From: Campylobacterota bacterium | Lineage (GTDB): Bacteria > Campylobacterota > Campylobacteria > Campylobacterales > Sulfurimonadaceae | Assembly (NCBI GenBank): GCA_030837195.1 | Contig: JAUPKZ010000001.1 | Span: 5,104-69,103 of the forward strand | DNA length: 64,000 bases | Direction of reading: 5' to 3' | Program-made: the position numbers and the translations under genes | In this document: positions 39,320 through 49,367 of the stretch, piece by piece | How positions within the stretch are numbered: position 1 is the first letter of the stretch | How the letters are laid out: every line of letters starts with the position of its first letter | The notes under the pieces: generated by a model | What the model was told of the DNA's origin: nothing | Seen by the model: the letters and a program-made list of their open reading frames with translations, nothing else | Databases searched by the model: none

Positions 39320-40039
39320 TTACATTATGATTAAGCACTGCTTAAACATTTTTTCTAAATCAAGAGTACCCTCATAATATGCTTTGCCTATAATAACACC
39401 ATCAACGCACTTTGTAGCTGTAAGAGCTTCTATATCTCTCTCATCTCTTACGCCTCCGCTAGCAATCGTGCTAATACCGCTTGCTTTTGCGATTTCAACG
39501 GTAAAATCGACATTTACGCCGCTTAGTGTTCCATCTTTGCTTACATCCGTACAAATAATTGCATCGACTCCTGCATTTGCAAACTCTTTAGCCAAATCGG
39601 TTGCTCTCATAGAACTTACTTCACCCCATCCCTCAACCGCTACAAAACCATCAATTGCATCAATTCCTACTGCAATCCTGTACTTTTTTGCCATATCTTT
39701 TACAAACTGAGGGTCTTTTACCGCAATAGAACCGAGTATAACTCTATCAATTCCTATCTCTACCATTTTTTTGATTGTTGCTTCATCGCGGATACCGCCG
39801 CCAAGCTCAAGCTTAACGCTGCAGTTTTGTCTGATTTTAACAATCTGCTCTAGATTTTTTGGCTCGCCCGCAAATGCGCCGTTTAAGTCAACTAAATGCA
39901 CCCATTCAGCGCCCATTTCTTCAAATTTCTTCACAAGAAGCCACGGTTCATCAGAGTAAATTTTTGCACTCTCCATAAGCCCTTTTGTAAGCCTTACGGC
40001 TTTGCCGTCTTTTAAATCTATCGCCGGATATAATGTCAT
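39320..40039 (-). CDS. hisA: ProFAR isomerase HisA
   Basis: 239 aa. YPAIDL.DGK.VRL..G start, LH.VDLNGA, GGGIR, GKA.YEG. Confidence 0.93.
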   Translation of the reverse strand: MTLYPAIDLKDGKAVRLTKGLMESAKIYSDEPWLLVKKFEEMGAEWVHLVDLNGAFAGEPKNLEQIVKIRQNCSVKLELGGGIRDEATIKKMVEIGIDRVILGSIAVKDPQFVKDMAKKYRIAVGIDAIDGFVAVEGWGEVSSMRATDLAKEFANAGVDAIICTDVSKDGTLSGVNVDFTVEIAKASGISTIASGGVRDERDIEALTATKCVDGVIIGKAYYEGTLDLEKMFKQCLIIM

Positions 40040-40047
40040 CTCTATTC

Positions 40048-40659
40048 CTATAATTTTATAAAATTTTCTAATATTTTAAGCCCGTTTTTATGGCTTTTTT
40101 CAGGGTGAGGCTGTATGCCGAGTATATTGTTATGAGCAACCGCAGAGGTAAACTCATAACCATAAATAGTTCTTCCTATGATATCTTCTTCATCGGTGCA
40201 GTTTACATGAAAACTGTGTACAAAGTAGAGGTAATGCTCCTCATCCAAACCATCAAAAAGAGGGTGCTTTTTTGTAAACATTCTATTCCATCCCATATGC
40301 GGAACTTTTAAATTTTGGCTAAACTTTGTAGTATCAAAAGCGCTAACATTTCCACGAATTAGAGACAGTCCCTCATGAAATCCAAACTCCTCGCTGCTCT
40401 CAAAAAGAAGCTGCATTCCAAGACATATACCAAACATATATTTACCGCTTTGTGCATACTCTCTAAGAGCTTCTACCATATTTCTCTCTCTTAGATGCTC
40501 CATCGCATCCCCAAAAGCACCTACTCCGGGCAGAAGCAATTTATCGTAGGATTTAAATTTATCGGGGTCGCTCTCTACCGCCGTTTTTGTACCCAAAGAG
40601 GCAAATGCATTCTGAACACTTGCCAAATTTCCCATATTGTAGTCAACGATACCTATCAT
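40048..40659 (-). CDS. hisH: Imidazole glycerol phosphate synthase glutaminase subunit HisH
   Basis: 203 aa. [18 protein letters not shown] catalytic Cys, QPHPEKS. Confidence 0.93.
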   Translation of the reverse strand: MIGIVDYNMGNLASVQNAFASLGTKTAVESDPDKFKSYDKLLLPGVGAFGDAMEHLRERNMVEALREYAQSGKYMFGICLGMQLLFESSEEFGFHEGLSLIRGNVSAFDTTKFSQNLKVPHMGWNRMFTKKHPLFDGLDEEHYLYFVHSFHVNCTDEEDIIGRTIYGYEFTSAVAHNNILGIQPHPEKSHKNGLKILENFIKL

Positions 40660-41561
40660 TCTTCAATCTTTAATTTTGTAAATTTTATATAAACCGCAAG
40701 AGTTACAAGAAGCAATGAAACACCTGCTACGATATACATTGCATAGATAAGTTTTTCAGGGTCGGTAATAGCAAATTTAAATACAAGCATAAGAGCTTCT
40801 ATGGAAAGTGCTATGATAATTGAACCCAAAAATCTAACCATTGTTTTATGAGGTCCTGAGATACTATTTTCTTTAATCCTGCCAAATATCTCCTCTTCAA
40901 TAAGCGTTTTTGCAAGGTCAAATATTGCTAAAGAGAGCGTAAGAAGAATTGTTGCTTCAAAAACATCTCCTATTTTAAAGTGACCCGGTGTTATCTCGTA
41001 AACAAAAAAGCTCTGAATACCTTTGAAAAAAAGAAGAAGCGAAACCGACATAAGAGCAAAAGCAAATACCATATATACATATCTAAATAAATTTATAGAA
41101 AATTTATCAAATCTGCTTGAACGAGAGATAAGCACGACTTCATTTAGCGGCATATCAAGACAAGCAACATATTTTAACTCTCCGTGTTCATCGTAAATAG
41201 GCTGTGAAGAGGTAACGGTTAAATCGCCTGTAATAAGCGATGGGTAGGGATCTGTTATGGTACATCTGCCTTCTCTTACTGCACGATAGTAGTATGCTCT
41301 ATCGGCTCTTATTTTTCCGATATCATCATCTATTCTTTTTGTCGGAGTAATTGTAGGCGAAACCTGAACGCCTCTGTGATCCAGAAGATAAACACCCTCA
41401 CAGTGCTCTAAATCTGCTTTAATTTTTAATAGGCGAGGCATTATCATCTCTACGGAGAGAGAAGGGAGCCTATTTGGAATATTTTTAGAAAAAAGATAAC
41501 AAAAATAAGCTCTCGCCTTTGTGCGACCCTCGGAAAAATTTTGTATGTCAGGTATTATCAT
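40656..41561 (-). CDS. Membrane protein with N-terminal Cache/PDC-like fold and C-terminal multi-TM region (function unknown)
   Basis: 301 aa. Cache-type signature RADRAYYYRAV.EG...ITDPYPSLITGDLTVTSSQPIYDE.GELKYVACLDM, but no preceding signal peptide or TM. Four hydrophobic helices follow. The stop overlaps the hisH start. Confidence 0.4.
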   Translation of the reverse strand: MIIPDIQNFSEGRTKARAYFCYLFSKNIPNRLPSLSVEMIMPRLLKIKADLEHCEGVYLLDHRGVQVSPTITPTKRIDDDIGKIRADRAYYYRAVREGRCTITDPYPSLITGDLTVTSSQPIYDEHGELKYVACLDMPLNEVVLISRSSRFDKFSINLFRYVYMVFAFALMSVSLLLFFKGIQSFFVYEITPGHFKIGDVFEATILLTLSLAIFDLAKTLIEEEIFGRIKENSISGPHKTMVRFLGSIIIALSIEALMLVFKFAITDPEKLIYAMYIVAGVSLLLVTLAVYIKFTKLKIEE

Positions 41562-41594
41562 CTTATACTTACCTTGTAAAATATTGTTTTATGT

Positions 41595-41619
41595 GATTAT
41601 AACAAAGGGATTATAACAA
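41595..41619. repeat. Two 11-bp direct repeats GATTATAACAA in a divergent promoter region
   Basis: Copies at 41595-41605 and 41609-41619, followed by reiterated ATTTGAT(T) units at about 41631-41655. Confidence 0.7.
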
Positions 41620-41674
41620 TTTCATTAGCTATTTGATTTGATTGATTTGATATAATTCTATTTTAGGAGTCTAG

Positions 41675-42559
41675 ATGGGGTTTAAACTTTTTTTACTGTT
41701 TGAAAAATTTTTAATGATTTTGCCTAAAGCGGTAAGAAAAAGTTTTTTTACTTTTTTAGCAACGCTTGCTTATTATATATCTTCTCGCTACCGAAAAGTC
41801 GGTTTTATAAATCTAGATTTTATTTTTGAAGATAAGCTTACGCACAAAGAAAAAGAGGATATAGTAAAATATAGCTTTAGAAATCTCTTGCTTAATTTTT
41901 TTCATCTTATGGAGATGAGGCATATATCCAAAGAGGAACTGGCAAAGAAAATAACCATAAAAAATAAAGAAATCGTAGATGCCATTCACTCTCAAAACAG
42001 AGCAATCATATATGTAACTCCTCACTACTGCGCTTGGGAAATGGGCGGAATTTCCATAGGAGCTTTCATAGAACCGGTATCCGTGGTCTTTAAAAAAATG
42101 AAAAATAAAGAGTATGAAAAATGGGTTTTAGAGTCCCGCTCTAGTTTTGGAAACGGTTCTTTTGAAAAAACAAATGTCATAAAACCTCTAATAAACCTTA
42201 TAAAAAAAGGTGGGGCAAGCGGTATTTTGATAGACACCTCCATCAATAAAAGAGAAGGTATTGAAGTCGAGTTTTTAGGCAAAAAGGTTTTTCAAACACC
42301 AAGCCCCGCCTATTTGGCTAGAAAATACAATGCCGCAATCGTTCCTGCAACAATGATAAGTACAGATGAAGAGAATTATGAGCTTATATTTTTTGACGAA
42401 ATCCCAATCCAAAGAACAGACAATGAGAAAGAAGACATACAAAAGGCAACTCAGCTTCAAGCCGATTGGCTTAGTTCTTTAATCTACAAAGAACCTAAAT
42501 TTTGGTTTTGGATACATCGCAAATTTAAAGGTGATTACCCTCAAATCTATAAAAAATAG
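41675..42559 (+). CDS. Lipid A biosynthesis late acyltransferase (LpxL/HtrB family)
   Basis: 294 aa. N-terminal TM and HHC/HxxxxE-type motif region (TPHYCAWEMGG). Confidence 0.75.
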   Translation: MGFKLFLLFEKFLMILPKAVRKSFFTFLATLAYYISSRYRKVGFINLDFIFEDKLTHKEKEDIVKYSFRNLLLNFFHLMEMRHISKEELAKKITIKNKEIVDAIHSQNRAIIYVTPHYCAWEMGGISIGAFIEPVSVVFKKMKNKEYEKWVLESRSSFGNGSFEKTNVIKPLINLIKKGGASGILIDTSINKREGIEVEFLGKKVFQTPSPAYLARKYNAAIVPATMISTDEENYELIFFDEIPIQRTDNEKEDIQKATQLQADWLSSLIYKEPKFWFWIHRKFKGDYPQIYKK

Positions 42560-42564
42560 CCTTT

Positions 42565-43605
42565 TTATATCGTATATTCTTTTGTTCTTGCCTCAAAAAG
42601 TTTCAAAAGAGTTAAAAAGAACGCTGTTATGGCAGGACCTAAAATCATCCCCCAAAACCCGAATGTCGCAAGCCCTGCAATAATTGCAAAAAATATAACA
42701 AGTTCATTGATTTTTGTATCATCCTCTTTTAGAAGTTTTTGACTTATCTCTTTGATAATAAGCGGTTTTATAAAAGTATCTGCAATAATTGAGATCATTA
42801 CGATAGAGTAAAGCGCAATAAATATACCGTTAGCCTCATTGCCTAAAGAGAATTCAAAGAGCATAAAAGGAAGCCACATAACGGCTCCACCTATGACCGG
42901 TATAAGCGAAGCAAACCCATACATAACACCGAATAAAACGCCGTTGTAGCCCATAAAAGATATTGCCACGCCAAAGAGAATGCCTTGTAGCATAGCATTA
43001 ATGATGATAGAGTAAAAAACAACTCCCATGACCGACGAGAGCTCTTTAAGAAGTGTTGAACTCTCCTCACTGCTCATCTGTACTACTCTTCTTAAAAATG
43101 TAAAAATATGCTCTCCGTTATAAAGAACAAAGAAGTAAAAAACAATCATCAAAAAAGCATTTTTAAAAAAACCGATACTAATAGCTCCGACCGTTCCCGT
43201 GTAAGATAGTGCTTTTGCTTCAAAAGATGCCAAATCAAACTTTTCCATATTTTCTAAAATGTAGGGCTTAATGAAAATAAGATACTCGGGAGGGTTGTCT
43301 ATTTTCGCACTAATATACTCTTTGATATTTATGAAGATTTGAGGGTCAAGATTGTTTAGTTTTATGCTAAGTGTTATCAAAAAATAGCCAAGCGGAACAA
43401 AAAAGAGTACGGCAAGCAAAATTGTAGATACAAGCGAAGCATAAAATTTATTTTTTAAATATTTAAGAAAAAAGTCTTGTATGTTGGATGTAGATATAGC
43501 GAGCAAAATAGCAATAGTTATAGCAAGTAGAAACGGTGCATATAAAAGATACATCCAGTAAATAGATGTTGCAAAGAGAAGTGCTACAAAATATTGAGGT
43601 TTCAA
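42565..43605 (-). CDS. AI-2E (PerM/YhhT) family transporter
   Basis: 346 aa with about 8 TM segments. Conserved IP.IG....W.P and ..P.I...I motifs. Confidence 0.75.
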   Translation of the reverse strand: MKPQYFVALLFATSIYWMYLLYAPFLLAITIAILLAISTSNIQDFFLKYLKNKFYASLVSTILLAVLFFVPLGYFLITLSIKLNNLDPQIFINIKEYISAKIDNPPEYLIFIKPYILENMEKFDLASFEAKALSYTGTVGAISIGFFKNAFLMIVFYFFVLYNGEHIFTFLRRVVQMSSEESSTLLKELSSVMGVVFYSIIINAMLQGILFGVAISFMGYNGVLFGVMYGFASLIPVIGGAVMWLPFMLFEFSLGNEANGIFIALYSIVMISIIADTFIKPLIIKEISQKLLKEDDTKINELVIFFAIIAGLATFGFWGMILGPAITAFFLTLLKLFEARTKEYTI

Positions 43606-44615
43606 AAAAGTCCTTTTTCGTTGGATTTTGAGGGTGCTACATTTAAAACCATAAATGTATTTTGAGTTGCCTTTCTGCCCTTTGCGGTTCTCTCTAAGTA
43701 CCCGTTAGCTATAAGATAAGGCTCTATTACATCTTCAACTGTTCCCTCATCCTCGCTAAGAGCTGCTGCAATCGTGCTAAGTCCCATAGCTCTGCCGTTT
43801 GCTTCAACCAAGAGATTTAGAAGTCTAATATCCATCTCATCAAATCCATAAGAGTTAATACCTAGCTCATCAAGAGCATACTGCGTTGTTATATGATTTA
43901 TCTCTTTTTCATCTGCCACATCTGCAAAGTCTCTTACACGACGAAGCAGTCTTAGTGCTATGCGGGGAGTCCCTCTGCTTCGCTTTGCTATCTCTACGCT
44001 TGCTTGATGCTCTATAGTCTTAAAAAGCTTCTTTGAGGCTTGGGCAATAATTTTAGACAGCTCCTCCGGGTTATAAAACTGCATTCTAAAATTCATCCCA
44101 AATCTATCTCTTAGAGGATTTGACAACATTCCTGCCCTTGTTGTAGCTCCTATAAGCGTAAAACGGGGCAAATCAATTTTGACTGTTTGTGCAGCCGGAC
44201 CGCTACCTATGATGATATCTATCCTAAAATCTTCCATAGATGAGTAAAGTATCTCTTCAACGGCAGGAGATAGTCGATGTATTTCATCTATAAAAAGTAT
44301 ATCATTTTCTTGCAAATTTGTTAAAATTGCGGCCAAATCACCGCTTTTTTCTATCATCGGAGCAGCAGTGACTTTTATGTTTGCATTCATCTCGTTTGCA
44401 ACTATAAGAGCCAATGTAGTCTTGCCAAGCCCAGGAGGTCCGTAAAAAAGGATATGATCAAGCGCTTCGCCTCTTTTTTTGCTTGCTTCTATAAAAACAC
44501 CCAGATTTTTTTTAATCTGCTCTTGTCCTATATACTCACTCCAAGCATTTGGACGAAGAGATATCTCAGAACTCTCTTCGGCATCAAATTTCTCTATTTC
44601 TACTATTCTTTGCAT
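43602..44615 (-). CDS. ruvB: Holliday junction helicase RuvB
   Basis: 337 aa. [32 protein letters not shown]. Confidence 0.97.
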   Translation of the reverse strand: MQRIVEIEKFDAEESSEISLRPNAWSEYIGQEQIKKNLGVFIEASKKRGEALDHILFYGPPGLGKTTLALIVANEMNANIKVTAAPMIEKSGDLAAILTNLQENDILFIDEIHRLSPAVEEILYSSMEDFRIDIIIGSGPAAQTVKIDLPRFTLIGATTRAGMLSNPLRDRFGMNFRMQFYNPEELSKIIAQASKKLFKTIEHQASVEIAKRSRGTPRIALRLLRRVRDFADVADEKEINHITTQYALDELGINSYGFDEMDIRLLNLLVEANGRAMGLSTIAAALSEDEGTVEDVIEPYLIANGYLERTAKGRKATQNTFMVLNVAPSKSNEKGLF

Positions 44616-44628
44616 TGTTTCTCTTGCA

Positions 44629-45417
44629 TCAGTATGTATGAATCTCTTGTGGAAATTCTCTTGTTTTTACTTCATCACTATACTTTTTAACCGCACTTTT
44701 AACCAAGGAAGCACCGTCTAAATATTTTTTTACAAATTTTGGCGTAAACTCCTCAAAAAAACCAAGCATATCACTCCATACCAAAACTTGCCCATCTACT
44801 CCGTTTCCTGCGCCTATGCCTATGACCGGAATCAAAACACTTTTTGCAACCTCTGCAGCCACATCGGCTTTTACTCCCTCTATAACTATACAAAAAGCGC
44901 CTGCTTTCTCAATTGCTTTTGCATCTTTTATAAGAGATGCCCTTCCCTCATCGCTTCTGCCTTTGACCTTGTAGCCGCCTTCTGAACGAACTGCTTGAGG
45001 CAAAAGCCCTATATGCCCGCATACCGCAATACCGTTTGAGCAAAGATGTGCAACAATGTCGGCTTTGTCTTCACCGCCTTCTATTTTGATGGCATCGGCA
45101 GGTGTTTCTTGAAAAACTTTGATAGCATTTTTTAGTGCCTCTTTTTTGTTAACATAGGTGCCAAAAGGCATATCACATATCAAAAAAGTCTCTTTTGCTC
45201 CCATAGCAACTGCATTTGTATGGTATATCATCTGTTCTAGCGTTGCACTTAGAGTATCACTTTTACCTGCAAAACTCATATTTAGGCTATCACCGACAAG
45301 CAACACATCTGCTTCTTCTTGAAACAACCTTGCAAAAAGCGCGTCATAAGCAGTAATCATCACCAGAGGCGTGACACCCTTACTTTTTTTTATAGAATTG
45401 ATTGTCATTTTTTTCAT
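44629..45417 (-). CDS. panB: 3-methyl-2-oxobutanoate hydroxymethyltransferase
   Basis: Start moved to the MKKMTINS methionine. TAYD, VGDSL, KIEGG, GHIGL.PQ motifs. Confidence 0.92.
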   Translation of the reverse strand: MKKMTINSIKKSKGVTPLVMITAYDALFARLFQEEADVLLVGDSLNMSFAGKSDTLSATLEQMIYHTNAVAMGAKETFLICDMPFGTYVNKKEALKNAIKVFQETPADAIKIEGGEDKADIVAHLCSNGIAVCGHIGLLPQAVRSEGGYKVKGRSDEGRASLIKDAKAIEKAGAFCIVIEGVKADVAAEVAKSVLIPVIGIGAGNGVDGQVLVWSDMLGFFEEFTPKFVKKYLDGASLVKSAVKKYSDEVKTREFPQEIHTY

Positions 45418-45551
45418 ACTTGTAAAACTCTTATATTTGATAATAGTAATTTTAACTAAAATTTTGCAATAACGCATAAAGTTGATTAAAGAATATCAAA
45501 GTTTATAATTATGGTAGTATAATTCGAGGAACTAAAACGAAGGATAGGTAG

Positions 45552-46418
45552 GTGCATAAAAAGGGAACTCATTTTCTATTAACCACTATTTTCCCTCTTG
45601 CTTTTGTTGGTTGTACCCATACATATGTGCCTACCCAAAAAAATGATACTGAGTCGCTTAATGCACAGTTTCTAACTCTTGAGCGCTCCATAAAAGATTT
45701 AAAAAATGAAGTAAAAACACAAGAAGAAGATTTGCTGGATGCTTTTACTCTAAAACAAAACAGCAATACTCACACTATAAAAACACAGATTCAAACAACG
45801 CAAATTCAACTTGAAGATAAAATCACCAAAGAGCTTCAAGAAGCAATCAAATCTCTTAAAGCGCAAAATGCAGCTACCATAATGCCGCAACAACAAGAGC
45901 GTTTGCAGGAAAAAGAAAAAGAAAAAGAAAAAGAAAAAGTAGTCGTCTATAAAACACTAAAAGAGCCGTGTCTTTTAGCAGGCAAGTTTATAGTAGGCGA
46001 GTTTGAAGATGTCAGAATTGACCCGCCTGCTCTAATAGCAGCCGCTAGAATCGACTCAGGCGCCGAAACCTCATCAATTGATGCAAGAAATATCTTTGAG
46101 TTTCAAAGAGACGGCGCGAACTGGGTTAGATTTGACTTTGTAGATAGAAAAAACAATACGATTCACGCTATAGAGACAAAAATTGCAAGATATGCGACGG
46201 TCTTTCAATCTTCACAAAAAGATAAAAGCGACAAAAGAATCGTTATAAAGCTAAAAATAGATATCGGTAACCATTCAGACTTAGCAGAGTTTACTCTTGC
46301 AAACAGGGCTTCTATGAACTTTGCCGTTCTAATAGGAAGAAATATTCTCAAAGATATAGCAGTTATCGATATAAGCGGAAAAAATTTGGCGCCTCTGGCG
46401 GATACTAAAACAAAATGA
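45552..46418 (+). CDS. Lipoprotein with coiled coil and C-terminal retropepsin-like domain ('ATP-dependent zinc protease'/DUF785 family)
   Basis: GTG start after an AGGA-containing RBS. Lipobox LAFVGC. (EK)5 linker. C-terminal domain GEFEDVRI......ARIDSGAETSSIDA...F...G..WVRF... with a D-S-G-A aspartic-protease-type motif. Confidence 0.65.
   Translation: MHKKGTHFLLTTIFPLAFVGCTHTYVPTQKNDTESLNAQFLTLERSIKDLKNEVKTQEEDLLDAFTLKQNSNTHTIKTQIQTTQIQLEDKITKELQEAIKSLKAQNAATIMPQQQERLQEKEKEKEKEKVVVYKTLKEPCLLAGKFIVGEFEDVRIDPPALIAAARIDSGAETSSIDARNIFEFQRDGANWVRFDFVDRKNNTIHAIETKIARYATVFQSSQKDKSDKRIVIKLKIDIGNHSDLAEFTLANRASMNFAVLIGRNILKDIAVIDISGKNLAPLADTKTK
45909..45938 (+). repeat. (GAAAAA)5 hexanucleotide microsatellite inside a CDS
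   Basis: Five perfect GAAAAA units encoding EKEKEKEKEK. Confidence 0.9.
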
Positions 46419-47929
46419 TTAAGTTTAGTTTTTATTTTATCATACTTCTTCACATCGGGCTTGGTATATTTATAGCATACCAAAGACATCATCAAACTCA
46501 GATACCGTTTTTACCGGGTGAAGAGACAAAGGTTTGGCTTATTGAGGCAAAAGTTGAATTTTTGGCAAATCCAAACACCCCGACTATGATATCCTTAAGT
46601 GTGCCGAGTGAAGTTCCAAACTATAAAATATTTTTTGAGCAAAGCTCTTCTGCAGGATACGGCTTTAACAAAGTTGAAGAAAACGGACAAAAAAAAGCAC
46701 AATGGAGCATTAGAGAAGCTACTTCAAAGCAGACTCTTTATTATAAAGTTCAAGCTGCACGAGGAGACTCACAACAACCACCGACACAGCAGATCAACAC
46801 AGAGGATAAAAAACTCTCTTCTCTTATGTGGACAAAAGCCGAAGAACTTGCGATAGAAGATATACTAAGCGAGGCAAAAAGCCGCTCAAGCAATGATGAA
46901 ACACTAACAATAGAGCTTATCAAACTCTTTGCAAGCAAATCTATGGGGGAGAGCTCTTCACTTCTTTTATACAATAAAGATCGAGTGGAAGTTATAAATG
47001 CAATCCTAAATCAAGCAGGAGTTCAAAGCAGAATTGCTATGGGGCTAAAGCTAGAAGATGCCAGAAGAAACCAAAGCTTAATATCGATGATTGAAATATA
47101 TACTAACGGTAAATGGGTGCTTTTTGACACACTTAGCGCAGAGAAAAATATAGAAGAAAACTTCTTTTTATGGCATAGAGGAAACTCTCTTCTTGATATC
47201 AGCGGAGCAGAAGACGCAAAAGTCACTTTTTCTATGATAGAGCAAAATATTTCAAATATGGAGCTTGCAAAAGTTTACTATGACAAATCAATTTTTAGAC
47301 TATTTAGCATACACTCTTTGCCAATAGAAGAACAAGGCATATTTAAGATGCTGCTTTTATTACCGCTTGGCGCTCTTATTACGGTATTTTTACGACTGAT
47401 CGTAGGCATTAAAACATCCGGAACATTTATGCCTGTTCTCATAGCAATGGCATTTTTACAAACTTCTCTTCTTCCTGGCATTACGGCTTTTATTGTTATC
47501 GTAGCCATGGGTCTTGTCATTAGAAACTATCTATCATATCTTAACCTTCTATTGGTTGCAAGAATAGCCACCACAATAGTCGTTGTTATTTTTATGATGG
47601 TTACTGCAAGCCTCATCGGGTATAATCTGGGGTTTAACACGGGAATGACCGTTGCGGCTTTTCCTATCATCATTTTAGCATGGACAATTGAGAGGATGTC
47701 TATACTCTGGGAAGAAGAAGGAGCAAAAGAGGTATTTATTCAAGGAGGAGGAAGCCTTTTTGTTGCTACGCTTGCTTATCTGGCAATGCAAAACTCTTTT
47801 GTCGAGCATCTAACCTTTAACTTTCCGGAGCTTAACTTTATACTTCTCTCATTTATGCTCTTTCTTGGCAGATATACCGGCTATAGGCTCTTAGAGCTCT
47901 ATAGATTTAGAGAGTTTAAAGGTCAATAA
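46415..47929 (+). CDS. Membrane protein: N-terminal TM + extracytoplasmic (inactive transglutaminase-like) domain + 7 C-terminal TM helices
   Basis: 504 aa. ATGA overlap with the upstream gene. One TM at 5-25, a roughly 280-aa soluble region, then 7 hydrophobic helices from about residue 310. The architecture matches the family described as 'inactive transglutaminase fused to 7TM'. Confidence 0.55.
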   Translation: MIKFSFYFIILLHIGLGIFIAYQRHHQTQIPFLPGEETKVWLIEAKVEFLANPNTPTMISLSVPSEVPNYKIFFEQSSSAGYGFNKVEENGQKKAQWSIREATSKQTLYYKVQAARGDSQQPPTQQINTEDKKLSSLMWTKAEELAIEDILSEAKSRSSNDETLTIELIKLFASKSMGESSSLLLYNKDRVEVINAILNQAGVQSRIAMGLKLEDARRNQSLISMIEIYTNGKWVLFDTLSAEKNIEENFFLWHRGNSLLDISGAEDAKVTFSMIEQNISNMELAKVYYDKSIFRLFSIHSLPIEEQGIFKMLLLLPLGALITVFLRLIVGIKTSGTFMPVLIAMAFLQTSLLPGITAFIVIVAMGLVIRNYLSYLNLLLVARIATTIVVVIFMMVTASLIGYNLGFNTGMTVAAFPIIILAWTIERMSILWEEEGAKEVFIQGGGSLFVATLAYLAMQNSFVEHLTFNFPELNFILLSFMLFLGRYTGYRLLELYRFREFKGQ

Positions 47930-48876
47930 TGGCTTTTCTTGCAACCTTTAACACACTCAAAAAAAACGGTATTTTGGGTATGAATGAGAGAAATGTAAAC
48001 TATATATCGAAGTATAATGACAGAAGACTCTATCCTTTGGTTGACGACAAACTACAAACAAAACTCTTAGCTCAAAAAATGGGTATCAGCACACCAAATC
48101 TTTTTTTTACTATTGCCCATCAACACGATGTAAAAGAGCTCTCAAAAAAGTTAGAACCTCTAGATGCTTTTGTCATTAAGCCCTCCAGAGGTTCAGGCGG
48201 AAAAGGGATTTTAGTCATAAAATCTAAAACAAAAGAGGGTTTTGTAAAAACAAACGATGAAATTATCACGATTGAAACAATTATGCGACATGTTACAAAT
48301 ATCCTATCAGGACTTTATTCACTAAGCAGCACTCCGGATGTCGCTATATTTGAAGATTTGGTTATTGCAAATTCTGTTTTAAAAAAATACTCATATCAAG
48401 GCGTTCCTGATATTAGAATTATTGTTTTTAGGGGGTACCCTATTATGGCTATGCTAAGGCTCTCTACAAAATCATCCGACGGAAAAGCAAACCTTCATCA
48501 AGGTGCAGTCGGTGTAGGAATAGATATAAAAAGTGCTAAAGCAATTTCTGCCGTACAGGAACAAACAAGAGTTTATGAGCACCCTGATACCAAAAATAGC
48601 CTCGATAAAATAGAATTAGAAAATTGGATAGAACTTTTAGAACTAAGCGCTAAGTGCTACGATATGACAAAATTAGGCTATTTGGGCGTAGATATCGTAC
48701 TAGATGAAAAACGCGGACCTATGCTTCTTGAGCTCAATGCAAGACCGGGCTTATCTATACAAGTAGCCAATTCTCAAGGGTTGCTCCCAAGACTTCAAGA
48801 GATAGAAAAAATAGAAGAGATAGCGCCAAATGCCAAAGAAAGAGTCTCTTTTGTGCTTGAGAAAAACTGGGTTTAA
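47929..48876 (+). CDS. RimK-related ATP-grasp ligase (alpha-L-glutamate ligase-like protein)
   Basis: 315 aa. TAATG overlap with the upstream gene. ATP-grasp motifs FVIKPSRGSGGKGILVI, DIRIIVFRG, NLHQGA.G, GVDIVLDEKRGPMLLELNARPGL. Confidence 0.75.
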   Translation: MAFLATFNTLKKNGILGMNERNVNYISKYNDRRLYPLVDDKLQTKLLAQKMGISTPNLFFTIAHQHDVKELSKKLEPLDAFVIKPSRGSGGKGILVIKSKTKEGFVKTNDEIITIETIMRHVTNILSGLYSLSSTPDVAIFEDLVIANSVLKKYSYQGVPDIRIIVFRGYPIMAMLRLSTKSSDGKANLHQGAVGVGIDIKSAKAISAVQEQTRVYEHPDTKNSLDKIELENWIELLELSAKCYDMTKLGYLGVDIVLDEKRGPMLLELNARPGLSIQVANSQGLLPRLQEIEKIEEIAPNAKERVSFVLEKNWV

Positions 48877-48908
48877 CCATTTGGCAGTTTTTTTAAACGC
48901 CTTATTTA

Positions 48909-48937
48909 TTGAACGGATTGCAAAAAAGTGCTATAAT
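48909..48937 (+). promoter_or_regulatory. Near-consensus promoter (TTGAAC-17 nt-TGcTATAAT) for the HPt-trpA unit
   Basis: TTGAAC at 48909-48914, 17-nt spacer ending in TGC, TATAAT at 48932-48937, followed by an AGGAGA RBS. Confidence 0.5.
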
Positions 48938-48962
48938 CTCCATTATATAGGAGATATTTTGG

Positions 48963-49367
48963 ATGGGTGCTAAAAGTGTCTTAGATTCTAACTTTGATTA
49001 TGAAATAGTCGATGAATTTTTAGACCACTACTCTATAATGATAGACTGTATGGAGAGTATGATTTTAGACCTAAGAAAACCGGACATGTTTGAGCAAAGC
49101 ATAAATGAACTCTTTAGGGTTTTTCACAACATAAAGTCTTCATCTGCTTTTTTGCAGTTGACACCTATGTCAAAATTAGCAGCTTTTGTCGAGAGCGTTT
49201 TAGATGAAATAAGAGCAAATAAGAGCAGCGTCAACGAAGAGACCATAAACTGGCTTCTTGATGTTAGCGATATGTTTGCCATATGGAGAGATGATCTAAG
49301 GCTTGACAATGAACTCACACGCATAAAATACTCTCTGCTTAAATTACCTGATTTGGAGTCAAATTGA
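48963..49367 (+). CDS. Stand-alone HPt (histidine phosphotransfer) domain protein
   Basis: 134 aa. LFRVFHNIKSSSAFLQL....LA.FVES.LD.IR matches the CheA-P1/HPt pattern (H..KG.a..f). Confidence 0.5.
   Translation: MGAKSVLDSNFDYEIVDEFLDHYSIMIDCMESMILDLRKPDMFEQSINELFRVFHNIKSSSAFLQLTPMSKLAAFVESVLDEIRANKSSVNEETINWLLDVSDMFAIWRDDLRLDNELTRIKYSLLKLPDLESN

Noticed and set aside
45909-45938. (GAAAAA)5 repeat as a possible phase-variation switch or CRISPR-like repeat
   Set aside because: The unit length is a multiple of three, so slippage changes only the (EK)n linker length and not the frame. There are no spacers and no cas genes. It is kept only as a microsatellite feature.
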